Under the pieces are notes generated by a model that did no database searches, was not told where the DNA came from, and saw only the letters and a list, made by a program, of their open reading frames with translations. This document shows, piece by piece, positions 38,907 to 50,453 of a DNA stretch of 64,000 nt. The position numbers and the translations under genes were made by a program. Within the stretch, counting starts at the first letter, position 1. Each line of letters opens with the position of its first letter. Source of the stretch: Thermodesulfobacteriota bacterium. Its GTDB lineage: Bacteria; Desulfobacterota; Desulfobacteria; Desulfobacterales; C00003060. The DNA is taken from contig JAXHVD010000013.1 in the NCBI GenBank assembly GCA_034189385.1, positions 1 through 64,000 of the forward strand, read 5' to 3'.

Positions 38907-39341
38907 TTAGACGTCCCTCTGAAGATAGGAGTCATAGTCTTTGATCACAGGTTCGTACTCCTCACTGAAGAGAACGCTTGATATGATGAAGTCTGCGGTC
39001 GACCGATTGCAGGCCACCGGGATATTGAACAGGACGGACATTCTGAGCAGTGCTTTTATGTCCACGTCGTGAGGCTGCGGTGTCATTGGGTCCCACAGGA
39101 ATATGAGAATATCCAGCTCACCATTGGCTATCATCACCCCTAGTTGTTGATCTCCGCCCAAGGGGCCACTTTTCAGTCTATGAATGTCCACTGAACACGC
39201 CTTGGATATGACCTTGCCGGTTGTGCCCGTTGCATACAATTCATGCTGAGACAATATGTTGGCGTTGTACTTCACCCAGCTCAGGAGATCTGCCTTCCGC
39301 TGATCGTGAGCCACCAAGGCAATCCTCTTTTTCTTTTTCAT
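38907..39341 (-). CDS. mgsA: Methylglyoxal synthase
   Basis: IALVAHD, ATGTTG, SGPLGGDQQ, WDP, PHDVD. Confidence 0.95.
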   Translation of the reverse strand: MKKKKRIALVAHDQRKADLLSWVKYNANILSQHELYATGTTGKVISKACSVDIHRLKSGPLGGDQQLGVMIANGELDILIFLWDPMTPQPHDVDIKALLRMSVLFNIPVACNRSTADFIISSVLFSEEYEPVIKDYDSYLQRDV

Positions 39342-39430
39342 GATGGACCGCCGTCCGTCGTCATCTGTCTGAGGAACGCGAAGGTCACCAGTAATTTATG
39401 GAATGGACAGTTCTTGAGCCGTTTGCGATT

Positions 39431-39595
39431 TCAGCTCTTTTTGGACGTCACGGTCTGAAAAGAAGAAATGAGCTGCCGAACTTTGTCCTTCCCACACCTT
39501 GGGCACTTCGTCTTCTTCTCAGTATAGTCTGAAAGACTCATGGTCAACGTAAAAGTCTTGTTACACTTCTCACAGATAAACTCGTACGTGGGCAT
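39431..39595 (-). CDS. FmdB-family zinc ribbon protein
   Basis: MPTYEFICEKC...CPRCG; AAGGAGG RBS. Confidence 0.85.
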   Translation of the reverse strand: MPTYEFICEKCNKTFTLTMSLSDYTEKKTKCPRCGKDKVRQLISSFQTVTSKKS

Positions 39596-39768
39596 TACCG
39601 ACCTCCTTAGCCACGGGGTCTTCTTGCTGGCCCGACAGGCCATTGGCCATGTGTGAAAGCTTGTGTGGTGTCTCTGCCGGATCTCCGAGGCTGATGGCAA
39701 ACAAACTGATGGGGCCTCTGTCCAAGCTAAAGGTACTTTCCTTCATGACTGCCCCCTTGTTTACCGAC

Positions 39769-41701
<1,933 letters not shown>

Positions 41702-41809
41702 TCTACCATCTCCCTGCTTCCGTCCTTACATGCACTGCATAGCTTCTTTGGCCAGCAGGGGGGCTGAAGCCCCCTGCTGTCGATAGGTCTTGCTTTGCCA
41801 GGCACCACA

Positions 41810-42265
41810 TCAAGTTGCCTTGACCTCGATCTTCTTGGTTGACGTCTCTTTGATCTTGGGCAAGGTGACGTTCAGGACGCCGTCCTTGTAGCTTGCTTTC
41901 ACCTTGTTCCCGTCGACTTCAACAGGCAGTCTGATGGACCTGGCAAAAGCGCCATGGCTCCGCTCCACCCGGTGGAAGTTCTCGCCCTTCTCCTGTTGTT
42001 CCTTTTTCCGCTCTCCACGGATGCTCAGAACGTTCCCGCTTACGGCCACATCAAGGTCCTTTGGGTCTATCCCAGGCAGTTCAGCCTTGACGATGACCTC
42101 TTTGGCGGTTTCAGATACGTCAACAGAGGGGATCCAGTGGCCGTCGGTCGGTCGAAACCTGACGGGCCAGTCTTCGAAGAACCGGTCAAAAAGCCTGTCC
42201 ATATCCTTTCTCAAGCCGGTCAGTTCTTGTCGCCCACGCCAAGGTACTAAGCTGGAGATTTCCAT
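41810..42265 (-). CDS. Hsp20/alpha-crystallin small heat shock protein
   Basis: WIPSVDV, AELPG, RVERSHGAFAR, ASYKDGVL; GGAGGTG RBS before MEISS. Confidence 0.92.
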   Translation of the reverse strand: MEISSLVPWRGRQELTGLRKDMDRLFDRFFEDWPVRFRPTDGHWIPSVDVSETAKEVIVKAELPGIDPKDLDVAVSGNVLSIRGERKKEQQEKGENFHRVERSHGAFARSIRLPVEVDGNKVKASYKDGVLNVTLPKIKETSTKKIEVKAT

Positions 42266-42623
42266 AATATCACCTCCCAATCTTCTGTTTCACGGTTGGG
42301 GCCGCTGATTCTCAACGAATCGCAAACCCATTCTTGCATCGGATGTATGGCAAAGTGCGTGCCATCATTCCAATATATTGATAATATTGATATTGTCCCA
42401 GTTGCTGAAATCCGTACAGGAACTGACGGTTCCGATTTAAGGCCCGGTGGCCACATCACGAAGGAGTGGGCCAGCGTATGTGCTCCAATCAACTGGAATA
42501 ACGAAGGATACACGAATGTGAACTGTAGATTCCGCTTTTTGCCACATAGGAATTGACAGTTCTTATATGCGGCTGGTCAAGGGGCAATGGGCGGCAAGAA
42601 CTGAGCTACAACGGAGGCATCAT

Positions 42624-43691
42624 CTAGCAAGAGAGATCGAATCCAAGCCCCGGTTTGGTGCTTGGAAAAAGGGTCCCGTCACGTAGCGTTACCGCACCGG
42701 CAGAAGGGTCGTTCACCAGGCCCAGGTGGCCGTCCAGGTCAGCGTAGACCACATTGGGACGGGCCAATGCAAAGTGCAGGCCTGCGCATATGGCCAAGGC
42801 GGCCTCGTCTACGCATCCCACCATCACTTCCAAACCTGCTGAGCGGGCAACCGCATTGACTTGGAGGGCTTCGGAGATGCCTCCCACCTTCATGAGTTTC
42901 ACATTTACCATGTCAGCCAATTCTTGTTGTGCAATCCGAAAGGCGTCCCGGAGAGTCATGAGACTTTCATCTGCCATGACCGGAATAGGAACCACGCTCG
43001 TAACGCGACCGAGCAGGTCTGGTTGGCCTTTGGGCGTAGGCTGCTCAATAAGCTCCAGATGGGCTTGACGCGTGCTTTCAACAAACCTGAAACATTGTTC
43101 TACTGTGAACCCTTGATTGGCATCAAAACGCAACGCTACCTCATTGCCCATGGCTTCTCTGACCTTGAGCACGCGTTCAATGTCAGCATCCACATCACGG
43201 CCCCCCTTCAGCTTTAGGCTTCTGAATCCTCTTGCCGCAAACTCCCGTGCCCGCTCTACTGTTTCTGTCACAGACAAGATGCCGATGGTGACGCTGGTTT
43301 CTATACGATTACGGAATCCGCCCAGGAGCTTCCAGACGGGGAGATTAGCCGCCTTTCCAAGGAGATCATAGAGCGCCATGTCTACTGCGGCCAGGGCGGA
43401 GGATTGAGCGGTTATGCTTCGTTTCTGTCGCTCCAAAATCATGGCCACCCGAAGGGGGTCTGAGCCCTTTATAGATGGAGCGACACAGTCCTCCAATACC
43501 TGAATGACGCTCTCCACGGTCTCGCCTGTGACAGTTTCATCCGGAGCTGCACAGCCATAGCCGGAAAGCCCGTTGGCTGTTTCTATTCGAAGAAAAACGT
43601 TTTTCACAGCTTCAACGGTCTGATAAGCAATCGTGTAAGGTTCAGAGAGCCGCATGGAGACCGGCCAGACATCTAGCTTAGTGATTTTCAT
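42624..43691 (-). CDS. Enolase-superfamily dipeptide epimerase (L-Ala-D/L-Glu epimerase / DgcA-like racemase)
   Basis: KLK, DANQG, EQP, DES, VKLMK, DLD motifs. Confidence 0.88.
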   Translation of the reverse strand: MKITKLDVWPVSMRLSEPYTIAYQTVEAVKNVFLRIETANGLSGYGCAAPDETVTGETVESVIQVLEDCVAPSIKGSDPLRVAMILERQKRSITAQSSALAAVDMALYDLLGKAANLPVWKLLGGFRNRIETSVTIGILSVTETVERAREFAARGFRSLKLKGGRDVDADIERVLKVREAMGNEVALRFDANQGFTVEQCFRFVESTRQAHLELIEQPTPKGQPDLLGRVTSVVPIPVMADESLMTLRDAFRIAQQELADMVNVKLMKVGGISEALQVNAVARSAGLEVMVGCVDEAALAICAGLHFALARPNVVYADLDGHLGLVNDPSAGAVTLRDGTLFPSTKPGLGFDLSC

Positions 43692-43695
43692 AGCC

Positions 43696-46101
43696 CTAAT
43701 ATCGCCTCTGGTAGAGTTCCTCTAATGTCATGCTCTTGAGATCCTCCACAAATTCTACCAAGTTCATTATCATCCTCTCCCACATGCGCCTCCCTTTCTC
43801 TGCAGTGGCCCTTGTGGGGTCGCCCAGGACACCGGAAGGAGAAATCCTGGCGGTGTGGGTATACCATGTCACGCTCCTTTTAGAGGTGAAATTGAGATAC
43901 GTGCTTGAGAATCTAGGGACGAACTTCTTTGCGGCTTCAAGTCTTACGACCTCAGGGCGAACCGCCAAGGTGGTGCTGGTCTCGATCTCCCCGGCATGGA
44001 CATCGTTCGGGGTTTCCGCCATGGCGTAGATGTCGGGATCGCTCGTCTCACCGGTGTCAACGCAGGTGAAAATCTGGGCATCTCGGTTGATCATCTGTGC
44101 GGCAAAATGCAGGGCTGGACCGTTTCCTCCATGTCCGTTGATGATGACCAGTTTTCTGGCGCCGTGACGGGCAATGCTCATACCTATGTCATAGACGAGC
44201 CGTGACAGCGTCTCCGGATTCACGCTGATGGTGCCACTGAAGTCTTCGTGGTGGTAGGAAACACCATATGGGATTAAGGGAAGAACAATAGGCCTCGGCT
44301 CGCTGCACGCCTTTGCCACCTCATGGGCCAGATACTCGGCATCAAAGGCATCGGCATCTAGAGGCAGGTGAGGGCCGTGTTGTTCAATGGCACCCACAGG
44401 AAGGAGCGCTACATCCACGGATTTGAATCGCTTTTTTGCTTCAGGCCATGTCATCTGGGCCAATAGGGGGCTGCCCGCAACGCCTTCGTTCTCGTCTCTG
44501 CTGCCATGTTCAACTGAAGACACATCCCCCGGGGGTTCAAAGTGGAACGGTTTCTTGAAGGTGGGGTCTTCGATCGGGTCACATTCCCTCCATGCTTTCC
44601 CAGTGCGCTTCACCGCTCCATCTGCGTGCTCAAGATAAATGCGAAACAACGGTCCACGAAGGTCTGCTGGAATACCGTCAAGCGGAGACTTTTCATCGTG
44701 GAATCGCAGCTTCATCACTTCGTGTCTTGCCCGTGCCTGGGCCGACCGGATGTGGGGTTCGGAAAGAAGGCCTTTTTCATTGAGCAGGAAAGCCACATGC
44801 TCAGCAACAGCGACTTCAGAATGAATTCCCTTGTCCACGAGTCCTGCCAGACAGCGGTCGATCTGGTGGCGCCCGTAACGGCACTGGGCCGGGTCTGCTC
44901 CCAGGGCCAACAGCATTGCCACGATGCGACGGCACTTTTCACAGCGGCCGCAGGGACGAATTTCGTTTCCTTCCTCATGAGTAGCATGGCACGAAACCTG
45001 CTCTCGGTGGAGTTCGGGATAGCGTTCAACTAGAATCTTCTGGACCAGAAGCTCAGACAGAGGCCTGAGTATGGAAAACTGATTGATTCCCCACTGCTTG
45101 CGATGGAAGTACCGGGTGAGGGCGTCGTCGAAGTATCGACTTTGGTCGTATAGACCCGCATAGTGGACAATTCCTTCAAATGACGTCCTGTGGGTTGTGT
45201 CGAACTCATCTCCAATGAGAAGACGGCCAATGCCCCGTTTTCGAATGATGGCCAATGCTCCGAAGATGAAAACGGCTACAGTCCATAAACGAATGGGATA
45301 TTCGTCTGATCGTATTCTCGCAAAATCCGGACGCACAAAGGGAAGATGTCTCAACATCCAGTTGAACACCCTGTCCGAGTTCGTCCACACCCGTGCTGTC
45401 GTCGGAACGGCGGCTACAAAATGGCGGTAAGCATTCAAAGCGGTGAACCAATGTCGGCCAGACTCGTTGATGAATATGGGGTGCACCTCGCAGCCCATCT
45501 CCTGCAAAAGGCCGAAGGTCAGAAGACTGTCCTTCCCTCCGCTTGAAAGGACCGCATGCTTTGTTGAATCTCCGTTCCACTGGCCCATCTTTCTTTTGCC
45601 TCTTTCCCTTCCACGGGAAGGAGGGCTGTCTTGGTCGGGAAAAATGAACTTGGCACGAAGGTAACTCTTTTTCTTAACAGGGGTAAGATTCGTCGTTCTA
45701 TGGAGGAGAAAAGGATTCGGTTGGAGAAACTTCTTCACAAGGATCTCGCGAGCCGTATTGGAGGCCATTTCCCTGATGAAATGCTGGTCTTCTTTGTTGA
45801 ACTGCCCGTGGAACACGATCTCATGGCAGAATAGCCCATAGTTCAGAGCCACCTGCACTCCAATCATTGCTGCAAGATTGATTGAGTCCTCTTCATCTGG
45901 AACGAAGACATCTTCCGCGAACCGGTAGACCAGTTCCATGGTGTCAGGGCTGCCGTTCTTACTCACCCTATAGGGGGTGGTGAGCCGGTTTTTCTCCAGC
46001 CGGACCGGTCCCACCTCGAGCCGTGGGATGACCGCCAAACCCTCCTCCAGCAGGCCGCTTTCAAGGGATGGCTTCTGTTGTCTCGTTTCTTTGTGTGGCA
46101 T
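43696..46101 (-). CDS. Fusion: PP-loop ATPase (QueC/MurL-like) + creatininase-family amidohydrolase
   Basis: LSSGGKDSLL, SCH...CGRCEKC; C-terminal PVGAIEQHGPHLPLDAD, NGHGGN, HAGEIET; start moved to MPHKE. Confidence 0.8.
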   Translation of the reverse strand: MPHKETRQQKPSLESGLLEEGLAVIPRLEVGPVRLEKNRLTTPYRVSKNGSPDTMELVYRFAEDVFVPDEEDSINLAAMIGVQVALNYGLFCHEIVFHGQFNKEDQHFIREMASNTAREILVKKFLQPNPFLLHRTTNLTPVKKKSYLRAKFIFPDQDSPPSRGRERGKRKMGQWNGDSTKHAVLSSGGKDSLLTFGLLQEMGCEVHPIFINESGRHWFTALNAYRHFVAAVPTTARVWTNSDRVFNWMLRHLPFVRPDFARIRSDEYPIRLWTVAVFIFGALAIIRKRGIGRLLIGDEFDTTHRTSFEGIVHYAGLYDQSRYFDDALTRYFHRKQWGINQFSILRPLSELLVQKILVERYPELHREQVSCHATHEEGNEIRPCGRCEKCRRIVAMLLALGADPAQCRYGRHQIDRCLAGLVDKGIHSEVAVAEHVAFLLNEKGLLSEPHIRSAQARARHEVMKLRFHDEKSPLDGIPADLRGPLFRIYLEHADGAVKRTGKAWRECDPIEDPTFKKPFHFEPPGDVSSVEHGSRDENEGVAGSPLLAQMTWPEAKKRFKSVDVALLPVGAIEQHGPHLPLDADAFDAEYLAHEVAKACSEPRPIVLPLIPYGVSYHHEDFSGTISVNPETLSRLVYDIGMSIARHGARKLVIINGHGGNGPALHFAAQMINRDAQIFTCVDTGETSDPDIYAMAETPNDVHAGEIETSTTLAVRPEVVRLEAAKKFVPRFSSTYLNFTSKRSVTWYTHTARISPSGVLGDPTRATAEKGRRMWERMIMNLVEFVEDLKSMTLEELYQRRY

Positions 46102-46112
46102 TAGAATTTCCC

Positions 46113-47192
46113 TTATCGACCTTTGAGGCAGGACAGTACCGTCCTGACAATTGCTTCCGGGCCTTCCAGAAGCATGTCGCAAGCAGGCAGGCCGGTCGCC
46201 TTTCGAATCTGATGGCAGACTCTAGGAACCTGACCTGCTTCTAAACCCTCGTGGTTGACGCATATTGCTACCACCGGCTTGCCGGACAGCAGTTCAATAG
46301 CCTCTATCTGCTTTTCCAGAGGGTGGATGGAATAGCCGGGGAAGCCATCGTACTCTCGCCTGGCGGGGGCGTGTTGAAGCACCACTGCGTCAGGCCTTCC
46401 TGCTGCCAGGATCTCAAATCCACCCGGATAAGCGGGATTCATGAGGCTTCCCTGTCCTTCAATGATGATGACATCGGGTTGCGACTCATGCCAAGCTGTC
46501 CAGATAATGTGTTCAATTTCACCTGACACAAAGTCATTGATGAGGGCGTCAAGGATGATGCCGTAACGGGCACCCTGTATCCACGCCGTTTGCCCTGTCC
46601 CGATGAATTCCGTGTTCCAGCCGGCGGCCTGGAGGGCGTCTACAAGAATCCAGGCCGTCGTTCTTTTGCCAACAGCGGAGTCAGTTCCTAAGACTGCGAC
46701 TTTCAATGCGTTGACTTGTTCTATCTTTCCTTCGAAAAAGTGGAGTCCTTTTCGAGGCGGGCATTTTCTGATGTCGCGAATGATAACTCCATGCTGGGCC
46801 GCGAGGGCTGCAAGGTCGACATCTTCCAGGAGAAAGTCATGGAGCCCAGAGTCCACGTTAAGACCTAGGGTAATGGCTTGGATCACATCTTCACGGGCTT
46901 GGGCGCTGAGCCTCCCGCCATCGGGGGCCAGACCAATGACCAGGTGGGTGGGGTCGGCTCCATCTCTCCTGGCCGCCTCAACAGCCCCGGGAACGTCGGG
47001 ATGGATAGGAATCCCTTTGGCTTGTGCGTCCAACACCATCCCCGCGTCTTTTCCCGCACAGCAAGAGTCCACCACAGAGAGGATCTCATAGCGCCTTGTA
47101 CGTCGCACTAGCCCATGGGCTGTTTTGCCGTTTGGCGTCCCAAAGGCCCCCTCACAGTACACAATGGCGTTGCCTTCTGAGAATAGAGTCAT
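46113..47192 (-). CDS. DUF1611 family protein (D-glutamate N-acetyltransferase DgcN-like)
   Basis: GKTAHGL, SGLH, GTDSAVGKRTT, GTGQT, EGQGS. Confidence 0.85.
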   Translation of the reverse strand: MTLFSEGNAIVYCEGAFGTPNGKTAHGLVRRTRRYEILSVVDSCCAGKDAGMVLDAQAKGIPIHPDVPGAVEAARRDGADPTHLVIGLAPDGGRLSAQAREDVIQAITLGLNVDSGLHDFLLEDVDLAALAAQHGVIIRDIRKCPPRKGLHFFEGKIEQVNALKVAVLGTDSAVGKRTTAWILVDALQAAGWNTEFIGTGQTAWIQGARYGIILDALINDFVSGEIEHIIWTAWHESQPDVIIIEGQGSLMNPAYPGGFEILAAGRPDAVVLQHAPARREYDGFPGYSIHPLEKQIEAIELLSGKPVVAICVNHEGLEAGQVPRVCHQIRKATGLPACDMLLEGPEAIVRTVLSCLKGR

Positions 47193-48319
47193 GATTTCCG
47201 TCCTGTGAGTATAACCACATACCGATCACCAGCAAATGGTGCTTTAGCGTGACGGTCTAGCAGGGAGATTAGCCCTGCCGTGGAGGCTGGCAAAACATTC
47301 AGGCCTTCAAGGTTGCCTAATAATTTTGAAAACGAGAGCATCGCTTTGTCGCTGGCATAGGAGGCCCAGCCCTTTGTGTTCCTGATAGCTTCAAGGGCAT
47401 GATCCCCATCAATAGCATGCCAATTGATGAGAGGTTCGTTTACGCGGGTTTCCCGAATTTGCTCCGGCCTGAGGTCCTCACACAGGAGGGTGTTCTTCAT
47501 ATAAGCCCTCACTATGGGATTCTTACCGTGAGAAGAGCCGGCGAACATGCGGGGCATCCGCGAGGTTTTCCCCCGGCGATAAAGACTGAGGAATCCTTTG
47601 TAGATACCTGCCAGGGTGCTGCCGTTAGAGACGGGCACGGCAACCACCCCGGGGGCATCACGGAGCTCATCGTAGATTTCGTAAGCAATTTCGCCGTAAG
47701 CCTTTGATTGAAGCGCCGTGTTATCACCTCCGGGGTTTGCGTCGTAGAGTTCGTCGGATTCAGCTCTTTCTCGAGAAGCTATGACTGCATTTTCATAGTC
47801 TCCTGGCACCCGGACGATCTCTGCGCCATAGGCAACCATCTCTTGCACGCGTTTCGTGCTGTAGGCCTCTGGAATAAAGATAGTGCAACGCAAACTTGCC
47901 ATGGAGCTAGCCAGCGCTACCGCTACGCCGTAGTTGCCACAGGTAGCTACAGTGATGGCATCGAACCCACGCCGTAAGGCATCCATGGCCTGGACGAAGG
48001 CGATGCGGTCTTTCTGCGTTCCCGTGGGGTTACCTCCTTCGAACTTAAGGTAGATTTGTCTCAAGCCCACTTCACGCTCAATATTTCGAGCCCTTGAAAG
48101 GGTTGTGTCGCCTACCTCTGAATCGACAATGTCCTCATAGGCCTCAAGGCGATCATTCAAAGGTTGCTTTTTGTCTGAAGCCAGCTTTTTCTGCCTTTCC
48201 AACTCGGGGGCAATGATGGGCACCTGAGAGGTTGCCCCATCTACTAGAGAAAGCCGTGAATCATTCATCTCGAATTCCGGCATGGGAGGAGACTCCATTT
48301 CCTTCATAGCAGAGGGCAT
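47189..48319 (-). CDS. PLP-dependent fold-type II enzyme (threonine synthase-like)
   Basis: LKFEGGNPTGTQKDR, TCGNYG, PVSNG, ILTG; 4-nt overlap with the DUF1611 gene. Confidence 0.85.
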   Translation of the reverse strand: MPSAMKEMESPPMPEFEMNDSRLSLVDGATSQVPIIAPELERQKKLASDKKQPLNDRLEAYEDIVDSEVGDTTLSRARNIEREVGLRQIYLKFEGGNPTGTQKDRIAFVQAMDALRRGFDAITVATCGNYGVAVALASSMASLRCTIFIPEAYSTKRVQEMVAYGAEIVRVPGDYENAVIASRERAESDELYDANPGGDNTALQSKAYGEIAYEIYDELRDAPGVVAVPVSNGSTLAGIYKGFLSLYRRGKTSRMPRMFAGSSHGKNPIVRAYMKNTLLCEDLRPEQIRETRVNEPLINWHAIDGDHALEAIRNTKGWASYASDKAMLSFSKLLGNLEGLNVLPASTAGLISLLDRHAKAPFAGDRYVVILTGRKS

Positions 48320-48396
48320 GTCCGTCTGGACATGCCCTCAACCCAGAATTTGTCCGATTCGTTTTATGACAAGATGTTAGGCCGCCTTCACCTGGC

Positions 48397-48555
48397 TTAC
48401 CTCGGCGAACCCGTTGGTTTGCTCTTGGCCTCTTTGTTCCCCACGCCTTCAGCTCTTGCCAGCTTGTCACATCTCTCTATCAGGCTCTCTATCTGTCCTG
48501 TCACCGCTTTTAGCCCTTCTAACAACCCTTGAAGGTCTCTTTCTATCTTTTTCAT
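48397..48555 (-). CDS. Small coiled-coil hypothetical protein
   Basis: MKKIERDLQGLLEGLKAVTGQIESLIERCDKL, amphipathic heptads. Confidence 0.4.
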   Translation of the reverse strand: MKKIERDLQGLLEGLKAVTGQIESLIERCDKLARAEGVGNKEAKSKPTGSPR

Positions 48556-48729
48556 CTCTGCCCTTCTTCTCCTTATTAGGCCCTCACCGAGCCTTTCCAT
48601 AGTCTATCTAAAACCGGCCAGTTTGTTTATCAACCGCCCAAAGGCCAACCTTAGGGTCGTCTCGCTTCATCTCTGCCCTCACTGGCATGTTCGTCCCAAC
48701 GACAAAATGTGCATGCAGCCATCTCCTCA

Positions 48730-48954
48730 CTAGTCAAAGATGACGTGCCCCTTACCGGCAGCGGCAATCCTGAGCAAGTCGTCCGTTTTCCTGACAGCCA
48801 TATTTCGAAAGGTCACTGTAGCACCAGATCGTTTGGCCGCAGTTGCAATCTTCGCCAGCTCCTCCGTCGTTCTCCGGCCTGCTTCCATGGCAAAACCACC
48901 GCCCGCGCTGGCAATTTTAATCAGCTCCTCCGTTTTCTTCATGCCTAAACCCAT
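48730..48954 (-). CDS. Small hypothetical protein with three internal repeats
   Basis: KKTEELIKIASA / RTTEELAKIATA / RKTDDLLRIAAA. Confidence 0.65.
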   Translation of the reverse strand: MGLGMKKTEELIKIASAGGGFAMEAGRRTTEELAKIATAAKRSGATVTFRNMAVRKTDDLLRIAAAGKGHVIFD

Positions 48955-49069
48955 AGCCTTTTCCTCCCCCGGATTGATAGTGAGCCGCCCTTGGCTCAGC
49001 GTTTTAAGGTCCCAAGAGGATCCTCCGTGCTCTTGAGCTGAGAGCCCTTTTCCCGCAGGTCGGTTGAGG

Positions 49070-49294
49070 TTACAACTCAAAGAAATCATAGTTTTCTTTG
49101 CGGCGGCTGCGCCTCCTCTTGGTAATATCCCTCCAATCATTACTAGTCTGGATTCCTTTCGCCTTCTTCTTGCGACACTCTGGGCACCGCTTTGGCACAC
49201 CAAAACCTTTTGCCATGAAACGTTCCCGCTCCTGACCTGAGAAAACAAACTCAGTCCCGCATTGAACACAATTTAACGTCAGTGCTTCCATCAT
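49070..49294 (-). CDS. Zinc-ribbon domain protein (zf-trcl-like)
   Basis: CVQCGTEFVFS..EQ-like ERERF..KGF..PKRCPECR. Confidence 0.8.
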   Translation of the reverse strand: MMEALTLNCVQCGTEFVFSGQERERFMAKGFGVPKRCPECRKKKAKGIQTSNDWRDITKRRRSRRKENYDFFEL

Positions 49295-50367
49295 ATACCT
49301 GCCTCGTTACGGAGTAGTTCTTTCGGGGCGACATGAACAACTCGTCGTTGCCTCCAGCGATCAATGGGTTCATCTACAGCATAGTAAAGGATCAGGGATG
49401 CTACTAAAACGGTTGCTAGCAGGGGGAAAAGAGGGTACTCCTCCAAATATTCATCAAAGAATGCCACTATGAGAAAATGAACCATGTAGAAGGGGTATGA
49501 AATGTTTCCGAGGAATCTGTCCAGTCGGTTGTCCTTTGCAGCGTTGAAAATAAAGGGGATGCATACGGAGGTTGTCAGGACCAGAATCGTGAAGGCATAT
49601 TCTTCGTTTATGCTTTCAAATGAAAGGAGCGCGCCCAGAAGTATTACCCATGAAATGAGTCCTGCATGTCTGCCAAGGTGACCTTTGATCCTCAAGAAAA
49701 GGATATAGCCAAAATAACCAAGAAGAAAGAGGCATAACTCAGCAGGAAGGCATCTTCGCAACAACAGCTCGCATTCGGGGCCTTTCGAGACAAGATAGAG
49801 GCGCAATGCAAGGCTCAGCAAAAAGATACCCCCTACCCAGTACAATCGGCGGCGCAGAATAAGGGGGGCTAAGAAGTAAAAGCACAGTTCCAGGGAAAGG
49901 GACCAGGCTTGTGGGACCAAGATATAAGACCAGGCCTTGGCTGAAGCCCCCCCGTCCGGAGCCCAATAGAAAGAGAAACTGGCAGTGTCTATACCTAGAA
50001 GAAACAGTATTTCCTGCCCCAGCACTGCGATGTTTGCCCAGGCATAGGCTCCTGCCATGACAGGCCCGTGCGAAAAGACGCTTTTAAATCTGTCCATGCG
50101 TGTAAAAGCCGCCACATCGAAGAAAAAAAGAGCTGCAAAGGATAGGACAAGGACAAGCAGATAGCTTGGAAAGAGTCGGAACAGCCTGTTTGTGTAGAAC
50201 AACATGGCATCGGTGTTGTACTTCTCACTGAGAATGAAAGACATGTAGAAACCAGATATGATGAAAAAGACTTGCACTGCCACGTGTCCCGGCAAAAGGC
50301 TAATCTCTAAGGGAGTGGCGTGTGATATCAAGACCGCACAGGCAAGAAACAAACGAATCGATCCCAT
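49291..50367 (-). CDS. Acyltransferase family 3 (membrane O-acyltransferase)
   Basis: IRLFLA...H, FFIISGF, RLFRLFP, WSLSLELCFY, GNISYPFYMVH. Confidence 0.9.
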   Translation of the reverse strand: MGSIRLFLACAVLISHATPLEISLLPGHVAVQVFFIISGFYMSFILSEKYNTDAMLFYTNRLFRLFPSYLLVLVLSFAALFFFDVAAFTRMDRFKSVFSHGPVMAGAYAWANIAVLGQEILFLLGIDTASFSFYWAPDGGASAKAWSYILVPQAWSLSLELCFYFLAPLILRRRLYWVGGIFLLSLALRLYLVSKGPECELLLRRCLPAELCLFLLGYFGYILFLRIKGHLGRHAGLISWVILLGALLSFESINEEYAFTILVLTTSVCIPFIFNAAKDNRLDRFLGNISYPFYMVHFLIVAFFDEYLEEYPLFPLLATVLVASLILYYAVDEPIDRWRQRRVVHVAPKELLRNEAGI

Positions 50368-50419
50368 GGAACTGGTCCATTCGTGAGACTCCCCAGGCTT
50401 CCGCAGGGGGACTCTGATT

Positions 50420-50453
50420 CTCCTCCCCTTGATGGGGGAGGATCAAGATGGGG
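50420..50453. repeat. REP-like GC hairpin
   Basis: CCTCCCC-TTGATG-GGGGAGG followed by GATGGGG. Confidence 0.4.

Noticed and set aside
43696..46101. queC or a QueC-based defence system (QatC/Dpd-like)
   Set aside because: No queD/queE/folE, TatD, KAP ATPase or dpd genes nearby; the context is amino-acid metabolism.
47189..48319. Housekeeping thrC
   Set aside because: Divergent motifs (TGTQKDR, TCGNYG) and coupling to DUF1611 rather than thr genes; symbol withheld.
48955..49269. N-terminal extension of ORF 48730-49269
   Set aside because: It overlaps the zinc-ribbon gene in another frame; an RBS precedes the ATG at 48954.
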